The position numbers and the translations under genes are program-made. Below, one piece after another: positions 37,900-50,420 of a stretch of DNA of 64,000 bases (position 1 is its first letter; each line of letters begins with the position of its first letter). The notes under the pieces were generated by a model. The model made no database searches. It worked only from the letters and a program-made list of their open reading frames with translations, and was not told the DNA's origin. This stretch comes from Vicugna vicugna (taxonomy: Eukaryota), in NCBI GenBank assembly GCA_013265495.1, contig MU058636.1, positions 6,111,741-6,175,740 on the forward strand, in the 5' to 3' direction.

Positions 37900-38115
37900 G
37901 TATCTATTTATAATTTCAACCTGCCTCCTGGCACAAGGGATGGGAGGCGGCTGAGCCTTGCTTGACATTCTAATGAGGCAGGAGCCCATGAATCATGGTG
38001 CCTGCCCGCAGCGCTGTTCATTAGAGACGGGAGGGAGGCTGGGGAGCGCTCCGGGCAGGCCTGGCTGACGTGGCCATTAAGCAGCCCCGCAGCTGCGCGC
38101 CGGTCATTAGAGCCA
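37900..38115. promoter_or_regulatory. Candidate enhancer (MEF2, TALE, homeodomain cluster, CRE half-site, E-box)
   Basis: CTATTTATAA 37904-37913; TGACA 37963-37967; CTAATGA at 37970 and its reverse complement at 38018 and 38104; TGACGT 38066; CAGCTG 38090; CpGs retained. Confidence 0.45.
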
Positions 38116-39532
38116 GGCTGCAGCCACAGGAACAGAAACTGCTCAGAACCTGTCCAGGTTCCAGAGAGTTTCATCTCCCAGGACCTTCTCCTCAAGGCTT
38201 CGTGTCAGTGAAATGAAGTTCATTACCTTTCAAAAACACCAGCTTGGTCTGTTAGTGATAACAGGGCTTTCAATCATCCAAGGGGGATGTGAAGGGACAT
38301 CAGGCAGGCTTTACATAAACAAATGGGTTTCACCTAGGACTCCGTCCTGTTAAAGTGACTTCAGAACTCCCTGGGAAAGGAAATCTGTCGACGTGATGCA
38401 GAGAAGCGGGCTGGAGAAGGTGCAGAGATATGCACGCAGGCAGACTGCTTCGTAACAGGGAACTCAGCAACAGTCATCGTTTGCGGCTGACACTGTGCTA
38501 AGACTGTCACACACTTCACTCAGATGTCGGCCGGGCGCTTAGTCTCCTCCTTAAGCCCTAGCTGAAATTTCTCTGGCACCCTGTTGTCCACTTTAAATTC
38601 TGTGTCCTAAGCCTAGTCAATGTCCTCCCCAAATGTGGGGAAGTCCTGTGGCCCTGCAGCCTCACGCCCCTGCAGGCGTGTGTGTTATCTTTGGCTCATC
38701 AACACCCCCCACCCTGGTGTCAACCAAGACACGAAAATTGACCTGTTTACTGCTTCCATAAGACGTCCAGTCTCATCTTTTATCTTTTTTCTCGTCCACC
38801 TTTGTTTTCACCCCCTAAATCCTGGATTCCTTTTCCTTCCTCTTCCATGTAAAGGCACTTCAAGACGAGGTGGTCTCTCTCTAATAGAGATTATTTTACT
38901 AGCTGCCAAGAAAATAAAATTTTCTTCATCTTTGTGCAGAGATGACCTTCCTTAATTCCACACACTAGCTATCAAGGAATAACTATCATTCTTGTTTTAC
39001 TTAACAATAACAAAAAAACAAACAAACCAACCAAGGCTCGGAAAGTTAAACTAACATCTCAACTCACAGGGCCGTAGAGGTTGTACCAGAGAAGAATTTT
39101 AAGATGGCAATGTTAATTTAAATTTTCTGATGATAGAATGTTTATCGGGTAGCAGCTCATGTTTAGTTCCAGGCACTTCATAGAAGTTCTGTACTTTATA
39201 ATCTTCACTTGTTTTTCAGGGAACAGCAAGTCCTTCTGCCCCCTCAGCCCCAACTTACACTTCCCAGTCCTCTGCTAAACGTCCTGTTAATTCTTGGGAA
39301 CTTAGGTGTTAAGTTAGGTGTCTCACTGGGGTCTGAGGCCCGGCGGGGAAGCTGGATCTAGGGGGCCAGAGATTGTCTCAGACAGAACTGGGGTATAGTA
39401 ACCGCAAGGTTAGCAGGCTGATTGTAATGGGCTGAGGAGTGGGACGGAGAGGAGGCCAGAGCCTGGATCTGATAGCAGTGAGCAGAGAGTCGAAGCAGAA
39501 AGGAAGGTGGTGAGTCCCAGTAACCGGAACAG

Positions 39533-39552
39533 AGGTCAGAGGTCAGAGGTCA
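39533..39552 (+). promoter_or_regulatory. Triple AGGTCA with 1-bp spacers (two overlapping DR1 elements)
   Basis: AGGTCAgAGGTCAgAGGTCA read directly; function untested. Confidence 0.4.
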
Positions 39553-40282
39553 GCCAGCCCAGGATCCTGAACACTCCCGGTGTATTTCTCTGCCTTTCTC
39601 CCTCCCTCTCTTCCTCCCTTCCTTCCTTTGGTTCTTTCATTCTTTCTGTTGCAATTTTATTCTTGAAAATAGTATTGTAAAATAATACCTTTCATTTCAT
39701 TTTATTTTATTTTATATTTTTTAATTTTAAAGGAGTGTATTCATTTCGCTTTTGAAATTATTTGGCCTGGGTTACATTTAACTCATGAATGACCTTGATT
39801 TCTTAGCAATCATAATGCACACCCAGGATAAGTGAGAAAAACCTAACCTACAAATTGTCTTCAGTTGTAAAGATATTTTTGCAAGTGTACGTATTTTCAG
39901 TAGAGATTCATGTTGTATTTTTTTTTAATTTATACAATTTTTAAAGGTTATACTCCATTTACAGTTATTACAAAATAGGCTGTATTCCTCGTGTTGTACA
40001 ATACATTCTCGTAACCTACCTTACACCCAACAGTTTGTATCTCTCACTCCCACACCCCTGTTTACTCCTCCCCCTCCCCCCCACTGGTAACCAATCGTTT
40101 GTTCTCTGTATCTGTGAGTTTGCTTCCTTTTTGTTACATGCACTAGTTTGTTGTGTATTTGAGATTCCACATATAAGTGATACCATATAATTTGTCTGTG
40201 TGACATAATGCCCTCCAAGTCCATTCATGTTGCTGCAAATGGCAAAATTTTATTCTTTTTTATGGCTGAGTGCTGTTCCATG

Positions 40283-40310
40283 GTGTGTGTGTGTGTGTGT
40301 GTGTGTGTGT
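40283..40310 (+). repeat. (GT)14 microsatellite inside L1
   Basis: Read directly. Confidence 0.95.
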
Positions 40311-41361
40311 ACCACTTATTCTTTAACCTTTCATCTGTTGATGGACACTTAGGTTGCTTCCGTATCTTGCTAATTGTAAACAATACTGCTATGAACGTTG
40401 GGGTGCAACTATCTTTCTGAGTTAGTTTCTGAGTTGGTTTTTTTTCAGATATATATCCACGAGTAGAATTGCAGAGTCATATGGTGTTTCTTTTTTAGTT
40501 TTTTGAGAAACATCTGTACTGTTTTCCACAGTGGCTTCACCAATTTACATTCCTACCAACAGTGTACAAGGGTTTGCTTTTCTTGGCATCTTCACCAACA
40601 TTTGTTATTTGCATTCTTTTTGATGATAGCCATTCTGACAGATGTGAGGCAATATCTCACTGTGGTTTGGATTTGCATTTCCCTGATGATTAGTGATGCT
40701 GAGCATCTTTTCATATGCCTGTTGGCCACCTGCACTTCCTCTTTGAAAAAAATATCTATTCACTTCTGCCCATTTTTTAATTGAGTTGTTTGTCTTTTTG
40801 ATGTTGAGTTGTATGAGCTGTTTGTATATGTTGGATATTAATCCCTTATCACTCATATAATTTGCAAATATTTTCTCCCATTCCATAGATTGTCTTTTCA
40901 TTTTGTTAATGGTTTCCTTTTCTGTGCAAAAGCTTTTATGTTTAATTAGGTCCCATTTGTTTATTTTTCTTTTATTTCCTTTATTTTAGGGAATGAGTCC
41001 CCCCAAAATATTGCTATGATTTATGTCAAAGAGTGTTCTGCCTATGTTTTCCTCTAGGATTTTTACAGTATCTGGTCTTACATTTAGGTGTTTAATCCAT
41101 TTTGAGTTTATTTTTGTATATGGTGTCAAAGAATGTTCTAATTTCATTCTTTTACATGTAGCTGTCCTGTGTTCCCAGCACCACTTGTGGAAGAGACTAT
41201 CTTTTCTCCATTGTATGTTCTTCCCTCCTTTGTTGTAGATTAATTGACCATAAGTGCATGGGCCTGTTTCTGGGTTTTCTATTCTGTTCCATTGATCTAT
41301 GTGTCTGTTTTTTTAACTTTGCAGGATACAAAATTAATATACAGAAGTCTGTTGCATTTCT

Positions 41362-41887
41362 TTTTTTTAATTGAAATATAGTTGATTTTTCAGATTCTTT
41401 TCTATTATACATTATTACAAGATATTAAAAATAGTTCCTTCCCTGTGCCATACAGTAGGACCTTGTTGTTTACCTATTTTATATATAGTAGTGAGTATCT
41501 GTTAATCCCAAGCTCCTAATTTATCCCTCTCCTCCCACTTTATTCTTTGGTAACTGTAACTGTGTTTTCCATGTCTGTGAGTCTGTTTCTGTTTTGTAAA
41601 TAAGTTCATTTGTATCATTTTTTTAGATTCCACATATAAGTGATATCATATGATATTTGTCTTTCTCTGTCTGGCTTCACTTCACTTAGTATGATAATCT
41701 CTAGTTCCATCCATGTTGCTGCAAATGGCAATATTTCTTTTTTATGGCTGAGTAGTATCTCATTGTGTGTGGATAATATATGTAACATCTTCTTTATCCA
41801 TTCATTTGTCAATAGACCCTTCGGTTGCTTCCATGTCTTGACCGTTGTATATAGTGCTGCTATGAACACTGAGGTGCTTGTATCTTT
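41362..41887 (-). mobile_element. Second 5'-truncated L1 (cetartiodactyl-type 3' end) nested in the first
   Basis: T-run, 3' UTR and ORF2 C-terminus; perfect 12-bp TSD TGTTGCATTTCT at 41350-41361 and 41888-41899. Confidence 0.93.
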
Positions 41888-42519
41888 TGTTGCATTTCTA
41901 TACACTAACAATGAACTACCAAAAAGAGAAATTAAGGAAACAATCCCATTTACCATCACATCAAAAAAGAGTAAAATACCTAGGAATAAATCTACCTAGG
42001 GAGGTGAATATTTGTAAAGCTATAAGACATTGATGAAAGGAATTGAAGATGGGAACAGATGGAAAGATATACTGGGTTCTTGGATAGGAAGACTCAGTTT
42101 TGTTAAAATGACCATATTACCCAAGGCAATCTACAGATTCAATGCAATCTCTACCAAATTACCAATGGCCTTTTCCACAGACCTGTGTCCTCAAGCATGT
42201 GACCAAATATTTTTCCTCAATCTTTTGATTCTTTGCCAACCTAATAAGAAGAAAAAATTTCCATAGCTTTAATTTGCATTTATCTTCTCATATTGAGGAT
42301 AAAAGTTATCTTACAGCATTTAATAGCCATGGTCCTTTGAGTATTCACTGCTTTTGAAGGCAGAAGTCTCAACCAAAATGATGTCCCTTTAAGCTTAAAA
42401 AATTTAGTCAAGCTGTCCATGCTTCAGAATTCCTTCTCCATTTTTATGTATGAATGTGAGTGCATGGCGGTGTCGGCGGGGCACGTAGGGGGATGTACTT
42501 GGGGAAAAATTGGAAACTA

Positions 42520-42725
42520 CTGTTTGAAAGCACAGACGTTGGAGCCAGTCTACCCAAGTTTGAATCGGGTTCTGGAACTTACTGGTTGTATAATTTCACC
42601 TTCGTTTCCTCCACTGTAAAGTAGACATAATAATACCTCATGGGACTACTGTGAGGATTAATGTATGTAAAGTACTAAGAACAAAGTCTCACACATACCA
42701 AGTCCCTTAGAAATGTTACTGTAAT
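42520..42725 (+). mobile_element. MIR SINE
   Basis: 'gcacagacgttggagccagtctacccaagtttgaatc...gtttcctccactgtaaagt...gtgaggattaatgtatgtaaagtact'. Confidence 0.85.
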
Positions 42726-42951
42726 ACATTCTGCAGTGGTTTAAGAGGTAAGACTTTGTTCTTGATTCTCAGCATAGCAGAGAATGTGCTAATACCATCT
42801 TGGGTTTTGTTATTTTATAAATTTTCATCGAAGTATAATAAAACACATTAACCTCTTTTTTTCAGAATTTTGAGAAAATAGGGGTACAACCTTAGGGAAC
42901 TCTGTGCAAACAAATACCATGGCAGTAAGTGAGTGAGTGAGTGCACACGCG

Positions 42952-42953
<2 letters not shown>

Positions 42954-42985
<32 letters not shown>
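42954..42985 (+). repeat. (TG)16 microsatellite
   Basis: Read directly. Confidence 0.95.
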
Positions 42986-42986
<1 letters not shown>

Positions 42987-44317
42987 TGTTAGTAGAATAA
43001 AATACAAAATCCTTACTCAACCCACAAATACACTATGACACTTGCTATTAAAGACATAATCCTCATTGGTTTATTACGAGTTATATGAGTTATTATTTCT
43101 CTGAGTAAAAAGAAGATGGAAGAATTAACATGGTACTGGTTAGTGAGGGTTTCTTTTGCATTAACCTCTTTTTTTAACTGTTTATAGTTACTTACATTTC
43201 TTTGATTCTTCATCTCAAAGCTATACTGTAGCTTCCAGTCATGTTTGTATTGAGAAAAGTATTTTCATCCAAAGGTTTACACAAAAGTGGAAACCCTGTG
43301 TCCCAGAGAAGATAAGGGTCTTGTCAATCAAGCTACCATCAGTGGAGGCCAGTGAAAAGATTGGGTTTGCACCTCATTCCAGAAGGGAACTCTGCCTTCT
43401 GGCGATATGCAGGGCTCACTGCATCAAGCCTGTGAGACAGGACTCAAAGAGTAATGATGTTTTGAAAAACCCCATGGGGGAAAAAAAGAAAATGAGGATG
43501 AGAGGAAACGTGAATTAAAAATCGATTAAAATCAGGCAAAAAATATACCCAGCAGGAGAGATGAAAAGAGCAGGGGGCAGGAGGCGGATACACAGCAAGA
43601 ACATTCAGAAGAGAGGGTTGGTGCAAAAGTCTACTAGCAACAGAAGAGGAGACTTACGAGTTCAAGTTTCTGTGCTCAGAGATATGTAAGCCCCTTTGGT
43701 CTCAGAAAAGATCTTTCAGTCCCCAGTGAGCTTGGGGGCCCACTCTTGTAAATAGACTTCTTTTTAAACTTGAGAAATATGTTAGAGTTAAGTTAAATGT
43801 TTAAAGGGAACTTTTTATTTTCCATCCTAACATAAAAATACTCTGTATTGAAATAAAATGCAAATTTCATATGATAAAAAACACCTTTGATGGAATATTT
43901 TAATTAAGGAGCCTTGAAAATTGCCTCTTTGAATGTATCAGTTGTGAATCTAAGCCTAAAATGTGTTTGCTGGGAAATGAGTTTAGTGAGCAGTTATCGG
44001 ATATTAAATTTCTTTCAGGATCAATAGTTCTTTCCATATAGTTTTTTCAAATTTAATTCACTTTAAGGCAATTTGGACATCAGAAATTTAACAATGTACA
44101 CAGATTAAGCTTTAAGGAAAACCTACTGTATTTACTTGCTAAGGTTATAGGAAATATTTTATAATTCAAAATCAAGACTTTGAAACATGGTGCAACCTCT
44201 CATTTCTTCATATCACTATGGTTTATTATTCTCCTCATCTAGCCTTGTCTATAAAAGTTTAGAAGACAGAGTTTTATCTTTATTTAGCAAAACACTGAGC
44301 TAAGTGCTATAACTTTG

Positions 44318-44726
44318 TGTTAGGAACTAAATTGCTTTTCCCTTTGCCCCATTACTGCCCCCCACATCAATTCATATATTGAAGCCCTAACTCCAATGTG
44401 ACTGTACTTGGAAATAGAGCCTTTAGGGAAGCAATTAAGTTCGGTTGAGGCCATAAGGGTGAGGCCCTAATCCAATAGGACTGGTGTCCTCATAAGAAAA
44501 AGAAGAGAGGCCAGGAGTGTGTATACACAGAAAAAGAGGCCATATGAAGACACAGCAAGAAGGCAGCCATCTACTCAGCAAGAAGAGAGGCCTTATGAGA
44601 AACCAACCCTATGAACACCTTGACCTTGGACCTCCCAACCTCCAGAATTGTGAAAAAATCATTTCCTGTTATATAAGTAACCCAGCCTGTGGTACGTTGT
44701 TACGGCAGCCTGAGCTGGCTAATGCA
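44318..44726 (+). mobile_element. MaLR solo LTR (MLT1A/B-like), complete
   Basis: TG...CA termini; perfect 5-bp TSD CTTTG at 44313-44317 and 44727-44731; 'gccctaatccaataggactggtgtcctcataagaa'. Confidence 0.93.
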
Positions 44727-46559
44727 CTTTGGTTCAGGTGTAACCAAGTCCAAACCTTATTTCTCTTTCATGCAATAGTTGGATTTAGGCAACCCAGGGT
44801 TGAAATGATGGTTCTACTCTTTGAGTCATCTAGGGAGTCAGGATCGCTCTGTGTGTCAATTCCAGCATCACTTGGAGGTTAAATTATGTCTGCATTTTAA
44901 GCAGCAGGATGAAGGACGAAGGAAAGAAAAGACATACTGTTCTCCATTTAAGTTCTTGTGCTCGCATCTCAATAATTTAACCCCATGGACATATTCAGGC
45001 TTCAAGGGCCCAACTAAAGATCAAGGCATCTATCATTGAACAGAAGCAAGCAGCAGCCTCTACACGGTGGTGGTGGTGGTGGTGTGAGCCTGGCTTAGGC
45101 CCTTCCCATTTGGATGCCCCTTCTCTTAGATTTCTCCACCACCAACCAGCACACTGTGTTCCTGCCAGACTTCCCTGAAGCTTTCAAAAAAAGACAGCAC
45201 AGGACAGAGAGTATATAAAACTGCCTGCGAAACCTAACTATACCCAAAGCCCAGAATAAAGTCAGCCAAGACGCTAAGCCATTCCCAGATGCCCTCTAGC
45301 TACTAACCTCGTTCTGCTGCCCTGGGTCCTCCCCACTCCGTGGGAGCACCTGCCTTTCCAGCCTCTACTGAGAAGATTTCTTGTGGACCTTTGAGAAAGC
45401 TTTACTTTTTCTCCGTAAGTGTTGATCTGGTCATCTCATTATCCTCTGGGCTTGTCACTCTCCCTCCGCAGAAACTGTAATAGATACCCTAACTTAAGAG
45501 TCACATTACCCACGTTTGAGTTATGGAGGGTGTAGATGGCTTGGCTCTCAATAATGGGAACTAGAGTGGCCTTTGGCACATCTTGGGGTGTCCCTGACAC
45601 AGTAAATCTCCTGAGGTCCACTGGTTCATTCTCCCTCTCGCACACACACATCTCTTCCAAGGGAAAACCTGAATTCTGAGACTAAACAGCCCGAAGCAAG
45701 GCTCACAAACTTGAGTGCTGCTTGAAAGAAGTACACAGATGAAGGAAATGGGTTAGATGGGGAGTGTGACAACATGTACTGTCCTCATGGGACAGCCAGC
45801 ACTCATGCTGGTGGATATTGATCACATAGCACCAATGTTCATTCTCCTGATTTTGTTATATTTAAAGGAAGCTGGACATTAGTCTTTTTTTAGCTAACAA
45901 GTTCAGATTTTCAAAATGTTGGCACTGGTTTTAAAAATGTAGACATTGCATAACAGATCTACTGGGTTGGATCCAGCTTAACTGCAGCCCAGGAGCCTCC
46001 AGTTTGAAAGTTCTCTAGGAAGCACTAGAGGAAAGAAACCTTCCCCAGCTGGCTGTGAGAGCACCCCACAGTAGCAGCATTTTAGTGAAACAGCAGGCTT
46101 CTACACTGGACAAAAGAGGAGCGAGTAGCAGTCTCTACAACGGGAGTGTGACACTGGCTTCCAGCATTATTTTCCATTTTATTCCCTTTTTAAAACATGC
46201 ACCCACTTGGGAAAAACCAGTAATAGAGCAGGGACTCATTTATAGCTCTACACCTATTGTGGATGCTCCCTCAGCTGCAAAGACTCTAGCAGACCCCAGA
46301 GGAAGGTGGACTCACCACCTGCCGAGCCTGATTAAATTACCGGGCGGGATGCTATGGTCTTTTCAGTCTCTGTCTAGGGAGGGGCCAGTCTCTTTTTCCC
46401 TCTAGATCCAATCATCACAACACCAAGCAGAAAGTCACCCAGGGTGGCACGGAATCCGCAGCATCCGGCCCTGTCCGCAGGAGCCTCTCTGCCCCCTGCT
46501 ATGGTTTTCACCTTGCACTGGGCTCTGGGCTGGGACTCCAGGGTAGGATCTGCAGACGT

Positions 46560-46900
46560 GCCCTAGAAGGCATGACACCACGTTCTGAGTTTGACTTTAT
46601 TCTCAAGCAACAGGAAACAATTGAAGGTTTTTAAGCAGGAAAGTGAAACAAACAAAAATGAGTCTGGAAACCGTTGACGGTGATCTGGGAAAGAGGGAAA
46701 CTGGAGTCAGGGAGACTGATGAGGGATGCTGACAACAGCACAGGTGTTGAGATACTGAAGTTGGTAAGTGGTGGTGGTGAAGGAGAGAAGAAAGCAGAGG
46801 CAAAGATAACATGGAGACAGAATCGAGAATTTTTGCAACTGTTATTAAAAGTGAGCCCCAGATTTCAAGCTTGGGTGACTGGAAGGATGGTTGTCACAGA
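46560..46900 (-). mobile_element. L2 LINE fragment
   Basis: 'gagtttgactttattctcaagcaacaggaaacaattgaaggtttttaagcagg...ttcaagcttgggtgactggaaggatggt'. Confidence 0.75.
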
Positions 46901-47534
46901 AGCAAACCAAATTATTAGCAATATGCTTTTGCTTGCTTATTAAATTCTTAGACTGGTTTTCCTTCCCTTAAAAATAGCTTTCAGTACTGTCAATTGATAC
47001 TAACAACATTTTCTATTGGTTTGCAATTTTGGTCTTGCTGGATTCCAAGGTTTTTGTAAGCACTATCTCATTAATCCCCCTGAAAGCTCTGTGAGGTGGG
47101 TGGCAGTGGTTTGAAAAGCCAGATATACAGAAGATGGTTTTTAAAAAAATAGTCTTGAGTGTCTCCCACACTCTAACGAAGGTTTTTTAGACTCTCAATA
47201 GCAATTAGTAGGGATCAGGCTTGGCGTGCTCTGTGCTCCCAGTTACTATCAATGGGCTCTAATTGAGAACATGTGTTCATTTCAGCTGGGATTATTGTCT
47301 GGCTGATCACAATGGAGAGTCTGAAAGACAGCATCTGGCAGAGTTATTTTCTGACATCACCTCTCAGTCCCATCTTCCTTTATAACTGCTTTCATTCCAT
47401 ACATGACCCACCAAGTTAGAGGGATATCTCCATCAGAAACAGCACACCACCAGCTCTAATAACCCTGTGGGCTCATCACTGCAATCTTTGCCTTGTGTGC
47501 CAAGCACTAGGTACCATTCCTTAAAGGAGGTACT

Positions 47535-48028
47535 GGTTCCAGTTATCTATCGCTGTGTGACAGGTCATCCCTAAACTCAGTGGCTTAAATCATTAGTCTG
47601 CAATTTGGGAAGCGCTTGGAAGGTATGTCTTGCATCCACTCCATATAGCGTTAGCTGGGGTGGCTTGGCTGGGGACGGACAATCCACCTCCAAAGGGATT
47701 CTCTCACATGGCTGGCAAGTAGGTTCTGGCCATCAGATGGGAGTTCAGCTGGGGCTCTTGGCTGCGGGCCTCAGTTCATCCTCCAGTTGATCCCTTCTTC
47801 ATGGGGGGTTGGCTTGGGCTTCCTTACAGTAGGAGCACTTGATTCCAAAAGTAAGAGTTTCAAGAACAGAAGATGGGAGCTACCGGGCTCTTGAGGCTCA
47901 GGCCTGGAAGTTGTCATAGGGTCACTTCCCATTGTATTGGCCAAAGCCGGCACAGAACCTGCCTGGACTTGACTGGGGCGTAGACTACACCTCTCCAAAG
48001 ACTATGTGGCCAAATTCAATCTCCTACA
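47535..48028 (-). mobile_element. MaLR solo LTR (MLT1H-like)
   Basis: 'cagttatctatcgctgtgtgaca...cctaaactcagtggcttaaa...ctcacatggctggcaagt...gtcacttcccattgtattggccaaagc'. Confidence 0.85.
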
Positions 48029-49414
48029 ACAAAGATTGCATTTAAAATTTTGGATGAATGATGGTTTGGCTTGGTATCTATGATTCAAGAGTACTATATT
48101 AAATTGTACCAATGGCCAATAATTCTGGATTCTAAATATATATATATTGTTTAGCCTCCATACAACTTCTTCACATACTGACTCTATCATTTATGTCTGA
48201 CTCAGTTCTCCTCAAGCAGCAGGCTCTATTACCTCTGGCTTGTTATAAATGCTGTCTGCACTCCTGCAGCCTCTCTGCCAGCTCTTCTGGAGAGTTTGCT
48301 TGAGCTTCCAAATGGAAGTGCCCCACCTGGGTGCCTGCATAGCTTTTGGATGCATCTTATGAAAAGAGTTATCACAGCGCAGTGGAACCTGACTGCAGGC
48401 AGGTGATCCGCCTTGTTCATGTTGACATCCCCAGCACAGAAGGCTGTTCCCGGGCAGTAGATGCTCAGTACTTACTTGTTGAATGGTTGACCCACATTCT
48501 GCCCTAAATGTTTGCATTCTTGGAAGGCTCTGCAATTACCATTGACTTTCTCCTGTTATTTGATACTATTAGAACTCACCTTTAGGTTGTCCATCTCTTA
48601 CCTGGAGAGACTGGAATTTCTGTGATGTCAAAACTGAGAGGATGAAAGGAAATGTCGCTCAAGTCCTGTGAGAGGCGGAGATGAAAGCAGCCGGACGAAC
48701 AAAAGCACAATCATTTTGTGTTAGAGATGATTTGTTCCACGATGATTGTGTTGAGCCTATACTAAGCAGGGCATTTCTCCACGGTTTTCTATGTAAAGAG
48801 GAGCTGCACAAAGCAGCGGGGACATTAGCTATGCCTCATTCATCTCCATTGGCCCCCTGGACATTTTGAAGCAGGATATATAAGCCACTCTCCAAATTGA
48901 TAACAGGTGTCTGATTCCAAGCAAATGTCACCAATCTTGCCTTTAATGCATTGTAGCAGAACATGATGGGACATTAGCAGAGCACAGTGGTGCATACTGG
49001 AAAGAGGAATGAACATGGGATTTGGTAACACTGTCTTATCAATTGAATTTACAATGGATATTAATCTTGCTTATTAAACATGAGAACCAATGAAATCTTG
49101 AATTCGATGCTGTGGGTAAGACATCTCATCTATTTCAGACAGTTAGGAGGCACCGATCACTCTGGGAGAGGCCCTTGCTCAGTCTGACTGGGAGTATACC
49201 CTTTAGGGGTGGTGTCATGAGGGCTTTTATTTCTATTTCATTTAACCTCCAAACAGGCATTGAGCTGTAAAGATGCTACTCACGGCACTGAATGGTATAA
49301 GGGCTACAGAGCAAAACATGACACCACCCCTCCCCTCAAGGTGCTGTGGCCAGCGAGTGAGCATGAGGGGAAGGTGAATGAAACCAGGTGGAGCAGATGG
49401 CACTGGGGGGCTGG

Positions 49415-49710
49415 AACAGGAGCGGTCTGGACGCTGCACTCTTGTCTCTAAGTCCTTGCTAAGGTTAAACTTTCTGAGCCTCGGTTTACTCACCTGTAAA
49501 ACGATGTCGACTGCAGTCTACCTGCAGAGGCTCATGGCGAGACGGCAAATAGGGAAAGGGTGAGAAGCTCTAAGTTCTGTCTCTTTCATTGTCTTCAACA
49601 CCTGCCGAGCTCATCGCAGGCGGTCAGTGACTGGTGACTGCGTGTGGGATGAGCATGCTTGGGCACAGTGCTTGGCACATGTTAAGAATTCAGTAAATGT
49701 TCGCTATTAA
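49415..49710 (+). mobile_element. MIR plus MIR/L2 3'-end fragments
   Basis: 'aactttctgagcctcggtttactcacctgtaaaacg' and 'gcacagtgcttggcacatgttaagaattcagtaaatgttcgctatt'. Confidence 0.7.
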
Positions 49711-49869
49711 GAGAGACGGTAGTAGCACGCTAGTCATGGGAACGTCAGAGATAACAGTGGGTACTGTTGCTGGTGGTGACAGTAATGATGACAGTGGCAT
49801 TCGTCATCGCTTAACTAGGAGCACAGAAAATGAACAGATAAATAACAAGGGATAAAGCTAATATGATAC

Positions 49870-50420
49870 ATTAGCCATGTTCTGAGGGGCCTGGAACAGC
49901 ACAGCGAGGGGTTAGGACTTCATTCAGAAGGTAAGGCCGCTTTTGAAGCCTTCTGAGCACGGGCACCCGCTCTGACAGCTGTGCGGAACGTGGCCTGGGG
50001 GTAGAAGTTTCCTAAGCAGCTCTCGATTTGAGTCCATTGCAGGGGTTCAGGTAGGACTGGGCACTGAGCAAGACGACAGGCAGGGACTGGAGAGGGGGTG
50101 AGGGGTGAGGGAGGGGATTGGACCTTGACAGCACTGGGTGGTTTAGATGCCGTGGGAGAAGGAAGAGCCAGAGGATCTGAACACTGAGAGCCCAGACTGT
50201 GATACTGCTGCGACCGGAAATGGAGACGTCAGGGTTTTCAGGGAAGATGAGTATTTTGGTTCAACATATGTTTGCCTTGCTAGTGAGACACCCAGAAATC
50301 AAACAGGTTATTGAAACTCCAAGTCTGGAATGCAGAGGAAAGTTGAAGTTGAAGAGCTGTTTTTTTAAGTCAGAGAGCTAACATTTGGGCAGCACGTGGC
50401 ATTGCTAAGGAAGGGGGACA
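49870..50420 (-). mobile_element. L2 LINE fragment
   Basis: 'ttaggacttcattcagaaggtaagg...gggaagatgagtattttggttcaacatatgtttgccttgctagtgagacaccc'. Confidence 0.6.

Larger units (their letters stand above)
39918..42183 (-). mobile_element. L1 with 5' inversion (minus-strand 39918 to ~41313, plus-strand arm ~41316-42183)
   Basis: 3' UTR and ORF2 C-terminus on the minus strand ([24 protein letters not shown]); then plus-strand ORF2 'AGYKINIQKSVAFLYTNNE...KETIPFTI...[23 protein letters not shown]'. Confidence 0.92.

Noticed and set aside
40016..42266. Cluster of ORFs on both strands
   Set aside because: All fall within the inverted and nested L1 copies
27166..44726. Two similar co-oriented MLT1 LTRs as ends of one provirus
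   Set aside because: Each has its own TSD, they are 17 kb apart and there is no MaLR internal sequence between them
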